Assembly (NCBI GenBank): GCA_040255405.1 | Contig: JBDZUX010000006.1 | Coordinates: 3,862 to 67,861, forward strand | From: Lysobacteraceae bacterium | GTDB lineage: Bacteria > Pseudomonadota > Gammaproteobacteria > Xanthomonadales > Rhodanobacteraceae | DNA length: 64,000 nucleotides | Reading direction: 5' to 3' | Shown here: in pieces, positions 28,601 through 35,653 of the stretch | How the letters are laid out: every line of letters begins with the position of its first letter | Position numbering within the stretch: the stretch's first letter is position 1 | Translations under genes and position numbers: made by a program | The notes under the pieces: model-generated | Databases searched by the model: none | Told to the model about the DNA's origin: nothing | The model's input: the letters and a program-made list of their open reading frames with translations, nothing else

Positions 28601-28808
28601 CACGTCGTTCCGCCACGATTACGCCTACGCGCTGTACGTTGATTCCCTGATCGCGCCTGCGGGCGCCGCGGGCAGCAGGCAGCGCGACGCTGACCTCGAC
28701 CAGGCCGCCAGGTTGCTTGCCGGAGCCTCGCCGGAGGCGCAGCGACTCAGCGCGATGCGCCATATTTCCGGGCTGCTCGCCAAAGCCCGCACGACGACGG
28801 GCGCCTGA
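25614..28808 (+). CDS. nSTAND-type P-loop NTPase with one TM helix and a C-terminal helical-repeat (TPR-like) domain
   Basis: The ATG overlaps the upstream stop (ATGA 25614-25617). The N-terminus is NPWLGLFSYSEETRAYFHGRDEEAAELARRV..LTVLFGQSGLGKTSLLRAGLVPRL (Walker A). Walker B is LLIFDQFEE. The TM helix is MVATVCVVLLVLAIIAAMFGFIGM (nt about 26940-27011). About 600 aa of Ala/Leu-rich helical repeats follow. The track start 25413 lies inside the upstream gene. Confidence 0.8.
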   Translation: MNDINRRDTVMLDPENPWLGLFSYSEETRAYFHGRDEEAAELARRVQRKLLTVLFGQSGLGKTSLLRAGLVPRLRGADFCPVYVRVDYAPGSPSPSEQIKQAIFRATAEAGHWTRPGSAIEGESLWEFLHHREDLLRDADGHTLMPLLIFDQFEEIFTLGQADDAGRLRAKQFLEDLADLVENRAPAALEKRLEEDDQAAEQFDFARADYRVLIALREDYLAHLESVKDIMPSITQNRMRLARMNGAQALSAVVKPGGKLVSQEVAEAIVRFVAGGSELANAEIEPSLLSLVCRELNAARQAQGRREISADLLAGSRDTILSEFYERALADQPTGVRRVIEDELLTESGYRESLAEERVRKALDAAGASPDALPTLVNRRLLRIEERLDMRRVELTHDVLCSVVLASRNQRHAREAREEAERQLTAQREREAATHRALLRTRMVATVCVVLLVLAIIAAMFGFIGMHRAKIAQAEAQASRTHAENLVGFMIDDFYNELAPTGRLGTLGMLAQKTVDYYDGLPPALLTPETEINKAMALVRLGSAQNASGDDKAARKNFGEAQAIFGKLRAAGNDGEPVVYGLASILYNANYGSAVGGGSSAPMDQAAALLRPLVNAANPSRRVRQLYADTLNIICLNQRPQQGLATCEEALKTLAGLGALDLSDLNAAASWADTADTKSGELQALGRIGEAEKLEQQVFAMTEKVLARRPGDLHSLEDRFFAVKRLGDLAAGRHDATAAAKHANEAVQAAEDWVRFDPSSVDAWARLAQARSQVATFQFERGEVSTSIATLRAALALAQDPRSPKPLAAVTWYIRLDLARAIAETGEGGAEQSAQAAVRDLQSLMADRPPESAQRRLAATNLPLALGDIKLSQGALQPALAEATAARAAIQPIDVPATDAGATRWKNQNLADSLNVATRASMQLGRYAQAETLARQWLAIIPNATATQADPKPRESRARYILAQAIAMQGRRDEAKATLQPAMTWYRQEQQAGATGTSFRHDYAYALYVDSLIAPAGAAGSRQRDADLDQAARLLAGASPEAQRLSAMRHISGLLAKARTTTGA

Positions 28809-28895
28809 GCACAGGGGTCTTCCCCACGCAACCCGACGCCCCCAAGTTCCTGGCAAGCACCACCCGGGCACGTTCAACCGAAGCGGAACCGCGCC

Positions 28896-29321
28896 ATGGA
28901 CACAGATGAAATCCACGTTGGCCGACTGGGCATCCGTTACCTCGTCGATGGCGCTCAGCAGGGAAGCATGGGCATCTTCGAATTGACCGTGCCGCCTGCC
29001 TCGAACGTTCCGCCCCCGCACAGCCATTCGAACAACGAAGAAATCGTCTACGTCCTCGAGGGCACGCTGCGCTACAGCGTCGGCGCCGACACGCGCGATC
29101 TCGCACCCGGGGAATCCATGCACACCCCAAAGGGTACGGTGCACGGGTTCTCGAATCCCTTTGCCGGCACCGCGCGAGCGCTGATCGTCATGTCTCCGGA
29201 CCTGGGCGCCCAATACTTCAGGGAGATGGCCGCGGTGATCAACGCAGGCGGGCCACCGGACAAGGGCACGCTGGTCTCCATCATGAGCCGCTACGGACTG
29301 GTCCCGTCCGCCCCGAAGTGA
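28896..29321 (+). CDS. Cupin domain protein
   Basis: The 141-aa ORF has the metal motif PPPHSHSNNEEIVYVLEG...H.P.G.VHGF. Confidence 0.75.
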   Translation: MDTDEIHVGRLGIRYLVDGAQQGSMGIFELTVPPASNVPPPHSHSNNEEIVYVLEGTLRYSVGADTRDLAPGESMHTPKGTVHGFSNPFAGTARALIVMSPDLGAQYFREMAAVINAGGPPDKGTLVSIMSRYGLVPSAPK

Positions 29322-29499
29322 CTGGCTGCCGACACTTGCACGCGCCTCGCATGCCGCCGCCGGCCAGGTGATCAACCGACGGAAGACCGACACCCTTACA
29401 TCGAGCGTGGGCAGGCGCCCACAAACACCGGCGGCGTCTACCGCTGCCGCGAATTCTGTCCGTCGCCGAGACTGTTCCCATCGCATGGAGGGAACGGTC

Positions 29500-30051
29500 A
29501 TGGCTCCATCTGCACGCACCGCACGTGGCTTCACCCTGACGGAACTGCTGATCGCGCTGGCGATTGCCGGAATTCTCGCGATGATCGGTGCGCCGGCGAT
29601 GGGCGGCCTGATCGCCCGCACGCGGGATTCCGGCATCGAAGACGCGATTGCCGCGGGCTTGCGCGGCGCGCGCACTGCCGCGGTCATGCGCAACTCACGC
29701 GTGCTGGTGTGCCCGAGTTCGAATGGACACCGATGCGCGTCGATCGCGGATTGGCAACACGGCTGGATCATCGCGCAGGATGCGGACCACGATGGCCAGC
29801 CCGATCCGGGCAGGTCGATCCTCGACGTGCAAGCTGCCATGCCCGCCGGCACGCACGTGATCACCAGCGCCGGGCGCAGGCGCATCGATTTCCAGCCGAG
29901 CGGCAGCGCGGGCGGCAGCAACGTGACCTTCACCATCTGCCACGCGCGCGAACACGCTGGCAGGGCGGTGATCGTGGCCAACTCCGGACGCGTGCGGGTC
30001 GCGCATGCCGACGCCATGCACCTTCAGGCGTGTCTTGCCGGGATCCCGTAA
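29500..30051 (+). CDS. fimT: GspH/FimT-family type IV minor (pseudo)pilin
   Basis: The prepilin leader and N-methylation site are MAPSARTARG|FTLTELLIALAIAGILAMIGAP. GGAGGG lies upstream of ATG 29500. The C-terminal region contains AGRRRIDF (GRxR-like). Confidence 0.8.
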   Translation: MAPSARTARGFTLTELLIALAIAGILAMIGAPAMGGLIARTRDSGIEDAIAAGLRGARTAAVMRNSRVLVCPSSNGHRCASIADWQHGWIIAQDADHDGQPDPGRSILDVQAAMPAGTHVITSAGRRRIDFQPSGSAGGSNVTFTICHAREHAGRAVIVANSGRVRVAHADAMHLQACLAGIP

Positions 30052-30129
30052 TCATGTCCCGCAGGTTGGACTAATGGAATGAACCCCAACGTTGACGCGG
30101 AAGCGCCGCGATGAAAGACCTTCGCAAGA

Positions 30130-31689
30130 TCACGGCTGCCCCATGTACCGGTAATACGCAATCCCGAAATCCTGGAAGGCGTGCTCGTTGCGGGTGCCCA
30201 CGCGGTCGATCACCACGCCGGACAGGGTCGTCGAGTGCGTGCCGTCCAACGTGCCGCCGTCGTGCAAGGTGGCGTATTCGGATTGGTCGAGGTCCACCGC
30301 GCCATTCAGCGCATCGCGGAACGCGATTGCGCGCGCTGCTTTGCGCCAGCCCGGCGCCACGCGCGCGGGAATCGCTTCGGCCGCGTCGCCGCTGCCGTAG
30401 CCTAGCAACAACACGTCGCGGCATTCCAATTCCAGGCCGTGCGCCGCCGCGTCGTCCAGCCCCGCGGCCAGCCATGCAGGCAGTGCCGCCGTGTAGAGGT
30501 TGCCGAATTCCATCATCGAATCGGAACCGGTCTGCAGCTTGTCCTCAACCATCTGCTGGTAGGTGTCGATTTTGCGAAACGACTTCAGCAACGCCGATGA
30601 TGCGGGATAGGCATCCGCCGGCAACCTATCGATCGTGCACCCGTCGACGCCGGTCCGCCACTCGCGCACCACGTCGTCGAGCGACACGCCAGCCGACGCG
30701 CAATGCAGATCCAGTTCGCTCGCCGCGGCGCCATCGCCATTGGCCGCGTCGTGTCCCAGCGCCGCCAGATAACCCATTGCCAACGCATTGCGCGGCATCC
30801 GGTGATACGGCCGGTGCATGAACACGGCCGCCAGCCCGCGCAGATAGCCTGCGTGCGAGCCGCCACGTCGCGCGAACATCGCATCCAGCGCGCGCAGCGT
30901 CGCATCGGTGTAGCAATCGGTCGAATACTTGCCGTTGAACACCGGCAGGTCGCTCAGGTGTCCGTGCAAGCCGGGCGTCTGTCCCGCGAAACGGAGGAAC
31001 GGCTTGCGGAAATCCAGCCCGCGGTATTCCGACGCACTGCCGCCCAGCGCGAGATCGAGTTCCAGCAGGCGTGGCGATGACTCGAGCAGCATCGCGACCG
31101 CACCGGCGCCCTGGGTAGGCTCGCCGCTGCTCCCGCGCGCGTACTCCGCGATGTCGGCGCTCACCGCGATCGCCTGGCGGTCGCGCCCGTCGCAGGCGAG
31201 ATAGCGCAGCCCGCCCTTCAGCGCGTACACGCCGCCGAGGCATGCGTGCTTGAACTCCGGCACTTCGCAGTCGCGCGCAAGCCCGGATTTGCCTTCCGAC
31301 GCCAAGGCCTGGTCGACCAGCCCGCGCACGATCACCGCGCCTGCTGCATTGTCGATACTGGATTCGGTCCCGAGCGCGAGATAACCGACGCGACGCGGGT
31401 CGATGCCGTATTGCGCGATCAACCGCAGCACCGCATTCGCGGCCAGCGTGTAGACGTTCTGGTCGGGGCCCGGCATCCGGAAGGCGTGTCCCACCACCGC
31501 GCGCGTCTTCGAAGCATCGTTGCCGGTCCAGCCGGACCATCGTTCCAGATCCACTCGGTACGGCGGCACGTACACCGCCATGCCGCTGATGCCAACGGGA
31601 GGATTCGCTGAAAACGGATTCGCAGACACGAGGCGGACTTCCTGTTGCAGGGAACGAAACGCGCGAGTATGCGGGAATTCCGCGTCCAC
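30130..31689 (-). CDS. Hydroxymethylglutaryl-CoA synthase family (thiolase-fold condensing enzyme) protein
   Basis: HMGS catalytic blocks are ALGTESSIDNA (Glu), EFKHACLGGVYAL (Cys) and VFMHRPYHRMP (His). The start is uncertain, either ATG 31689 or GTG 31629. Confidence 0.7.
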   Translation of the reverse strand: MDAEFPHTRAFRSLQQEVRLVSANPFSANPPVGISGMAVYVPPYRVDLERWSGWTGNDASKTRAVVGHAFRMPGPDQNVYTLAANAVLRLIAQYGIDPRRVGYLALGTESSIDNAAGAVIVRGLVDQALASEGKSGLARDCEVPEFKHACLGGVYALKGGLRYLACDGRDRQAIAVSADIAEYARGSSGEPTQGAGAVAMLLESSPRLLELDLALGGSASEYRGLDFRKPFLRFAGQTPGLHGHLSDLPVFNGKYSTDCYTDATLRALDAMFARRGGSHAGYLRGLAAVFMHRPYHRMPRNALAMGYLAALGHDAANGDGAAASELDLHCASAGVSLDDVVREWRTGVDGCTIDRLPADAYPASSALLKSFRKIDTYQQMVEDKLQTGSDSMMEFGNLYTAALPAWLAAGLDDAAAHGLELECRDVLLLGYGSGDAAEAIPARVAPGWRKAARAIAFRDALNGAVDLDQSEYATLHDGGTLDGTHSTTLSGVVIDRVGTRNEHAFQDFGIAYYRYMGQP

Positions 31690-31711
31690 GTGACGTCAAC
31701 GGCGCCGCAAA

Positions 31712-31742
31712 CAAAAAAGGCCGACGCGATGCGTCGGCCTTT
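31712..31742 (-). terminator. Rho-independent terminator downstream of tRNA-Asn
   Basis: On the minus strand the sequence is GGCCGACGC-atc-GCGTCGGCC followed by TTTTTTGT. Confidence 0.75.
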
Positions 31743-31749
31743 CACATGT

Positions 31750-31826
31750 TGGCGCCCGAACTTGGACTCGAACCAAGGACCCCCAGATTAACAGTCTAGT
31801 GCTCTAACCAGCTGAGCTATTCGGGC
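31750..31826 (-). tRNA. tRNA-Asn (anticodon GUU), CCA encoded
   Basis: The reverse complement is GCCCGAATAGCTCAGCTGGTTAGAGCACTAGACTGTTAATCTGGGGGTCCTTGGTTCGAGTCCAAGTTCGGGCGCCA. It has a 7-bp acceptor stem GCCCGAA/TTCGGGC, the anticodon loop CTGTTAA and the T-loop TTCGAGT. Length is 77 nt. Confidence 0.95.
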
Positions 31827-32084
31827 AAATTTTCGGAAGGGTCGCCACCGCCACGCGCTCGACCAGATCGAGCTCCGGCCAGCGAGCCGTACATTATCGT
31901 GGCGGGCCGGAGAGGTGTCAAAGCCGCCGTCGCAGGAGCGGCCCGGCACTTGGCGCCTGTCTTCTCCATGGCCCCAACCGGTTCCGTTTCCCGCGAAGTG
32001 CGTCGCGCGCACGGCGCGCTCCTGCACACGCGATGCAGTCGCGCGGATGGCTCGCCACGCAAGCCGGCTCGGTTTCCCCGCGCC

Positions 32085-33569
32085 CTACGAACTCGGAATC
32101 AACAGGACCTGGCCCGTCTGGATCCCGCCGCCGGACTGGATCCTGCTGGCATTGGCGGAACGCAACGCACTCATGCTGACGCCGTACTGCTGCGCGATGC
32201 CGGACAGGGTTTCGCCCCGCGATACCTTGTGCATGTCCTGGACGTCGGCGCCGGTCCGGGCCGTATTGTTCACCGAAGCCACCAGGGTCGGCTTGTCCGG
32301 GATCACCGGCGGCGCGTTCGCTGGGGGCTTGCCAGTCGCCGCAACTTCGGTCGCCGCGTCGGCCCTCAGGTGCAGCCGCTCGTTGCGCTGTTCAGCAAAC
32401 AGTGTGCCGGGCGGCGGGGTGGTTTCGAAATACTGCTTCACGCCCGTCAGCACCGCCTCGGCCAGCCGCTTGCGGTCCTTGCTGCTGTCCAGCCGCCGTT
32501 CGTCGCTGCGATTGCTGATGAACGCGGTCTCCACCAGGATCGACGGCACGTCGGGCGAGCGCAACACCACGAAATTGGCGCCCTGCACGGTGTCGCGGTA
32601 CAGCGGCCCGATCTTGCCCAGCGCGGTCAGCACGTCGCTGCCCACCTCGTGGGCCGCATGCATGCTGGCGCCCTGCGAGAGGTCGAGCAGCACCGACGCC
32701 AGCATGTGGCTCTTGTCGTCCAGCGAAACGCCGCCGATCAGGTCGGATGCGTTCTCGCTCTTGGCCAGCCACTTGCCGGCCTCGCTCTGCTTGCCGTGGG
32801 TCGAAAGCACCCACACCGAGCCACCGCGCGCATCGCAGTAGTCCGGGCAGGAATTGGCGTGGATCGACACGAACAGGTCGGCCTTGTGTTCGCGTGCGAT
32901 CTGGAAGCGCTTTTCCAGCGGCACAAAGTAATCGCTCTTGCGGGTGAGTACCGCGTGCATGCCGGGTTGCGCATCGATCAGCTTCGCCAACTCCTTGGCG
33001 ACTCCCAACGTGACGTTCTTCTCCAGCGAGCCGCCTTGGCCGCGCGCACCGGGGTCGTCGCCGCCATGTCCCGCATCGACTGCGATCACCACCGGCCGCG
33101 GCTTGCCGTGTGCGACGTCGTCATCGATCGTGCGCACGATCGGTGACGGCTTGCCGCTGGGCGTACCGAGGTCCACCACCAGCCGGTAGCCGTATTGGCC
33201 GGCCGGCGTCAGCAGGAAACTCTTCGGGTGCGCCCGGCTGTCCAGGTCCAGGACGATCCGTGCCTTGCCTTGGAAATGCCCGATGCGCATGTCCTTGACC
33301 ACGCCCTTGCCCGGCTTGGCGCCGACGCCCTTGCCGAACGCGCCATTGTCGAGGTCCAGCACCACCCGATCGGGGTTGCTCAACTGGAACAACCGGTAAT
33401 CGACCGGCGCGGACAATTCGAACACGACCCGCGTGGAATCCGGCCCGCCCCAGATGCGCACCGCATTGACGGTGCTGGTGGAGGTGCCAGCGGCCACGGC
33501 GGACACGCACGCCAGCACCCCGCAAAGGAATGCGAAAAATGACAGCGATGGGCGGTTCGTCCCCCTCAT
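32085..33569 (-). CDS. amiB: N-acetylmuramoyl-L-alanine amidase (AMIN + Amidase_3 + C-terminal LysM)
   Basis: The signal peptide and AMIN domain are MRGTNRPSLSFFAFLCGVLACVSAVAAG...VRIWGGPDSTRVVFEL. The amidase block is VIAVDAGHGGDDPGA...SIHANS. The LysM domain is HKVSRGETLSGIAQQYGVSMSAL. The symbol follows the conserved nnr-tsaE-amiB order. Confidence 0.88.
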   Translation of the reverse strand: MRGTNRPSLSFFAFLCGVLACVSAVAAGTSTSTVNAVRIWGGPDSTRVVFELSAPVDYRLFQLSNPDRVVLDLDNGAFGKGVGAKPGKGVVKDMRIGHFQGKARIVLDLDSRAHPKSFLLTPAGQYGYRLVVDLGTPSGKPSPIVRTIDDDVAHGKPRPVVIAVDAGHGGDDPGARGQGGSLEKNVTLGVAKELAKLIDAQPGMHAVLTRKSDYFVPLEKRFQIAREHKADLFVSIHANSCPDYCDARGGSVWVLSTHGKQSEAGKWLAKSENASDLIGGVSLDDKSHMLASVLLDLSQGASMHAAHEVGSDVLTALGKIGPLYRDTVQGANFVVLRSPDVPSILVETAFISNRSDERRLDSSKDRKRLAEAVLTGVKQYFETTPPPGTLFAEQRNERLHLRADAATEVAATGKPPANAPPVIPDKPTLVASVNNTARTGADVQDMHKVSRGETLSGIAQQYGVSMSALRSANASRIQSGGGIQTGQVLLIPSS

Positions 33570-33689
33570 GGTGCTGAATTCAACCGCAAGCCGCGGCGAA
33601 TTGCAAGCACTTTTCCCTTTGTTATCCGTGAGCTGCGATGCTTTTATCGATATGGATTCAGAAAGTTGCGCCAAGTCGCTGCTGCATGC

Positions 33690-34181
33690 CTATCGAACCG
33701 CCGTCCGCGCCAGAACCGCCATCCAGCGCTGGCCGCGTTCGGACACCGGCGTAAGCCACGCGCGCCGGCCGGTCCCATCGTGCTCCAGGGCCACTTCGAG
33801 ATCGGGCGCCGGCAATGCGCCGGCGCCCCGTTGGGGCCACTCCACCAGCACGAGGGCGTCCGGCGCGTCCAGTTCATCCAACCCCAGCCATTCCAGTTCG
33901 CCGGCGTCTGCGATGCGGTAAAGATCGAGATGGAACGCGTCGCGGCCATTCACGGTGTAGCGTTCGAGCAGGCTGTAGGTGGGGCTTTTCACGCGCTCGC
34001 CGACGCCGAGCGCGCGCAACAGCGCACGCGCAAAGGTGGTCTTGCCGGCGCCGAGCTCTCCCCGCAGGAACACCACGCCGCCATCCAGCAGCGCGGGCGC
34101 GAGGCGCTGCGCCAATGCCACGGTGGCGGCTTCGCCCGGCAGGGAGACCGCGAGCGCGGGAGCAGACTCAGGCACGGCCAT
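33690..34181 (-). CDS. tsaE: tRNA t6A37 biosynthesis ATPase TsaE
   Basis: VVFLRGELGAGKTTFARALLRALG and SPTYSLLERY are present. The gene overlaps the nnr stop. Confidence 0.92.
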   Translation of the reverse strand: MAVPESAPALAVSLPGEAATVALAQRLAPALLDGGVVFLRGELGAGKTTFARALLRALGVGERVKSPTYSLLERYTVNGRDAFHLDLYRIADAGELEWLGLDELDAPDALVLVEWPQRGAGALPAPDLEVALEHDGTGRRAWLTPVSERGQRWMAVLARTAVR

Positions 34182-35637
34182 TCACCAAAGCGCGCAGGTA
34201 AGGAAACAAATCGGACGCCAGCATGCCCCGCTCGCCCGCCCGTGCCGCCAGATCGCCGGCGCGCGCGTGCAGGCCGGTGCCGAGGCAGGCCGCTGCCCAC
34301 GGCGTGAGGCCCTGCGCCATCAGGCCCGCGATGACGCCGGTGAGTACGTCGCCCATGCCGCCCGACGCCATGCCCGGATTGCCCCATGGACACGCCGCGA
34401 CGCGCCCATCGGCATCCGCAACCAGGGAACCGGCACCCTTCAGCACCACCACGGCGCCGTACTTGCGCGCGAGATCGCGCGCGGCGGCGAAGCGATCCGC
34501 CTGCACGCCGGCCGTCGCCATGTCCAGCAGGCGCGCGGCTTCGCCCGGATGCGGCGTCAGCACCACCGTTTCCGGCAGGGCGCGCGGATGCGCGGCCAGG
34601 AGGTTCAGGCCATCGGCGTCGAGGACGGTGGGTGTGCCGGCGTCCAGCGCCGCGAACCACAGCCCATGCCCCCAGTCGTCCTGGCCGAGCCCGGGACCCA
34701 GTGCCAGAACGCTCGCCCGCACCAGCAATGCTTCGAGATTGCGCGGCACGTGCACGCCGTGCGGCATCAACTCGGGGCGCGCGGCGAGGATCGCGCCGAC
34801 GTTCGCTTCGCGCGTCGCGATGCTGACCAGCCCCGCGCCCACGCGCGCGGCGGCTTCGCCGCACATGCGCACCGCCCCGCCGGCGCCAAGGTCACCGCCG
34901 ATCGCGAGCACGTGGCCATAGCGTCCCTTGTGGCTGTCGCGCGGACGGGGCGGCAACGCCTGCGGCGTCATCAATGTCGCATCGACTTCGGCATGCGTGT
35001 ACGCGGACGCGGGAATGTCCAGCGTGGCAAGGCTGCGCTCGCCGCCGTGGCCGGGGCCCTGGGCCGTGAACAGCCCGCGTTTCCAGCCCACGAAGCAAAC
35101 GGTCGCGGCCGCGAGCACGCACGGCTCGAACGCGACACCCGTATCCGCATCCAGGCCGCTCGGCACGTCCAGCGCCAGCACCGGATGCGACTGCGCATTG
35201 AGGGCCGCGATCAACGTCGCCGCATCGCCGGCCGGCGCGCGATTCAGGCCGGAACCGAACAACGCATCCACGTACACGTCGGCCTCCGGTAAAGACCCGG
35301 TAATCGACGACACCTGCCCGCCTTCGCCGGTGAACCGTTCGCGCGCACGCGCCGCATCGCCGGAAGGCCGGGCCGGCAGCGCGATCACATCCGCCTGCAA
35401 GCCCGCCGCGCGGGCAAGCGCGGCCAGCAGGAAGCCGTCGCCGCCGTTGTTGCCGGGTCCGCACAACACGCGCACCCGGCGCGCCTGCGGCCAGCGCCGA
35501 CGCAGCGCATCGAGTGCCGCGCGGGCCGCGCGTTCCATCAATTCGATGCCGGCGATGCCGTCGCCGATCGCGGCCTGGTCGAGCGCGCGCACCTGTGCGG
35601 TCGTGAAAAGCGCGGTCTGCGGGTCGAGGTTCACCAT
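34168..35637 (-). CDS. nnr: Bifunctional NAD(P)H-hydrate repair enzyme (epimerase/dehydratase)
   Basis: The YjeF_N block is VLCGPGNNGGDGF. The carbohydrate-kinase C-terminal half has KGRYGHVLAIGG and GMASGGMGDVLTG. Confidence 0.92.
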   Translation of the reverse strand: MVNLDPQTALFTTAQVRALDQAAIGDGIAGIELMERAARAALDALRRRWPQARRVRVLCGPGNNGGDGFLLAALARAAGLQADVIALPARPSGDAARARERFTGEGGQVSSITGSLPEADVYVDALFGSGLNRAPAGDAATLIAALNAQSHPVLALDVPSGLDADTGVAFEPCVLAAATVCFVGWKRGLFTAQGPGHGGERSLATLDIPASAYTHAEVDATLMTPQALPPRPRDSHKGRYGHVLAIGGDLGAGGAVRMCGEAAARVGAGLVSIATREANVGAILAARPELMPHGVHVPRNLEALLVRASVLALGPGLGQDDWGHGLWFAALDAGTPTVLDADGLNLLAAHPRALPETVVLTPHPGEAARLLDMATAGVQADRFAAARDLARKYGAVVVLKGAGSLVADADGRVAACPWGNPGMASGGMGDVLTGVIAGLMAQGLTPWAAACLGTGLHARAGDLAARAGERGMLASDLFPYLRALVNGRA

Positions 35638-35653
35638 CGCATGATCCTACAAT

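Noticed and set aside
24097-31826. Classical integrative genomic island or prophage remnant at tRNA-Asn.
   Set aside because: There is no integrase, excisionase, transposase or phage structural gene. I saw no att-like duplicate of the tRNA 3' end by eye, and composition looks like the flanks. Only the weaker islet/hotspot hypothesis is retained.
31827-32084. Possible small gene or sRNA in the 258-bp gap between amiB and tRNA-Asn.
   Set aside because: There is no ORF with a plausible start and RBS and no recognisable RNA family. The gap most likely holds the tRNA promoter and leader (a GATAAT-like -10 on the minus strand around 31893-31898), which I cannot verify.
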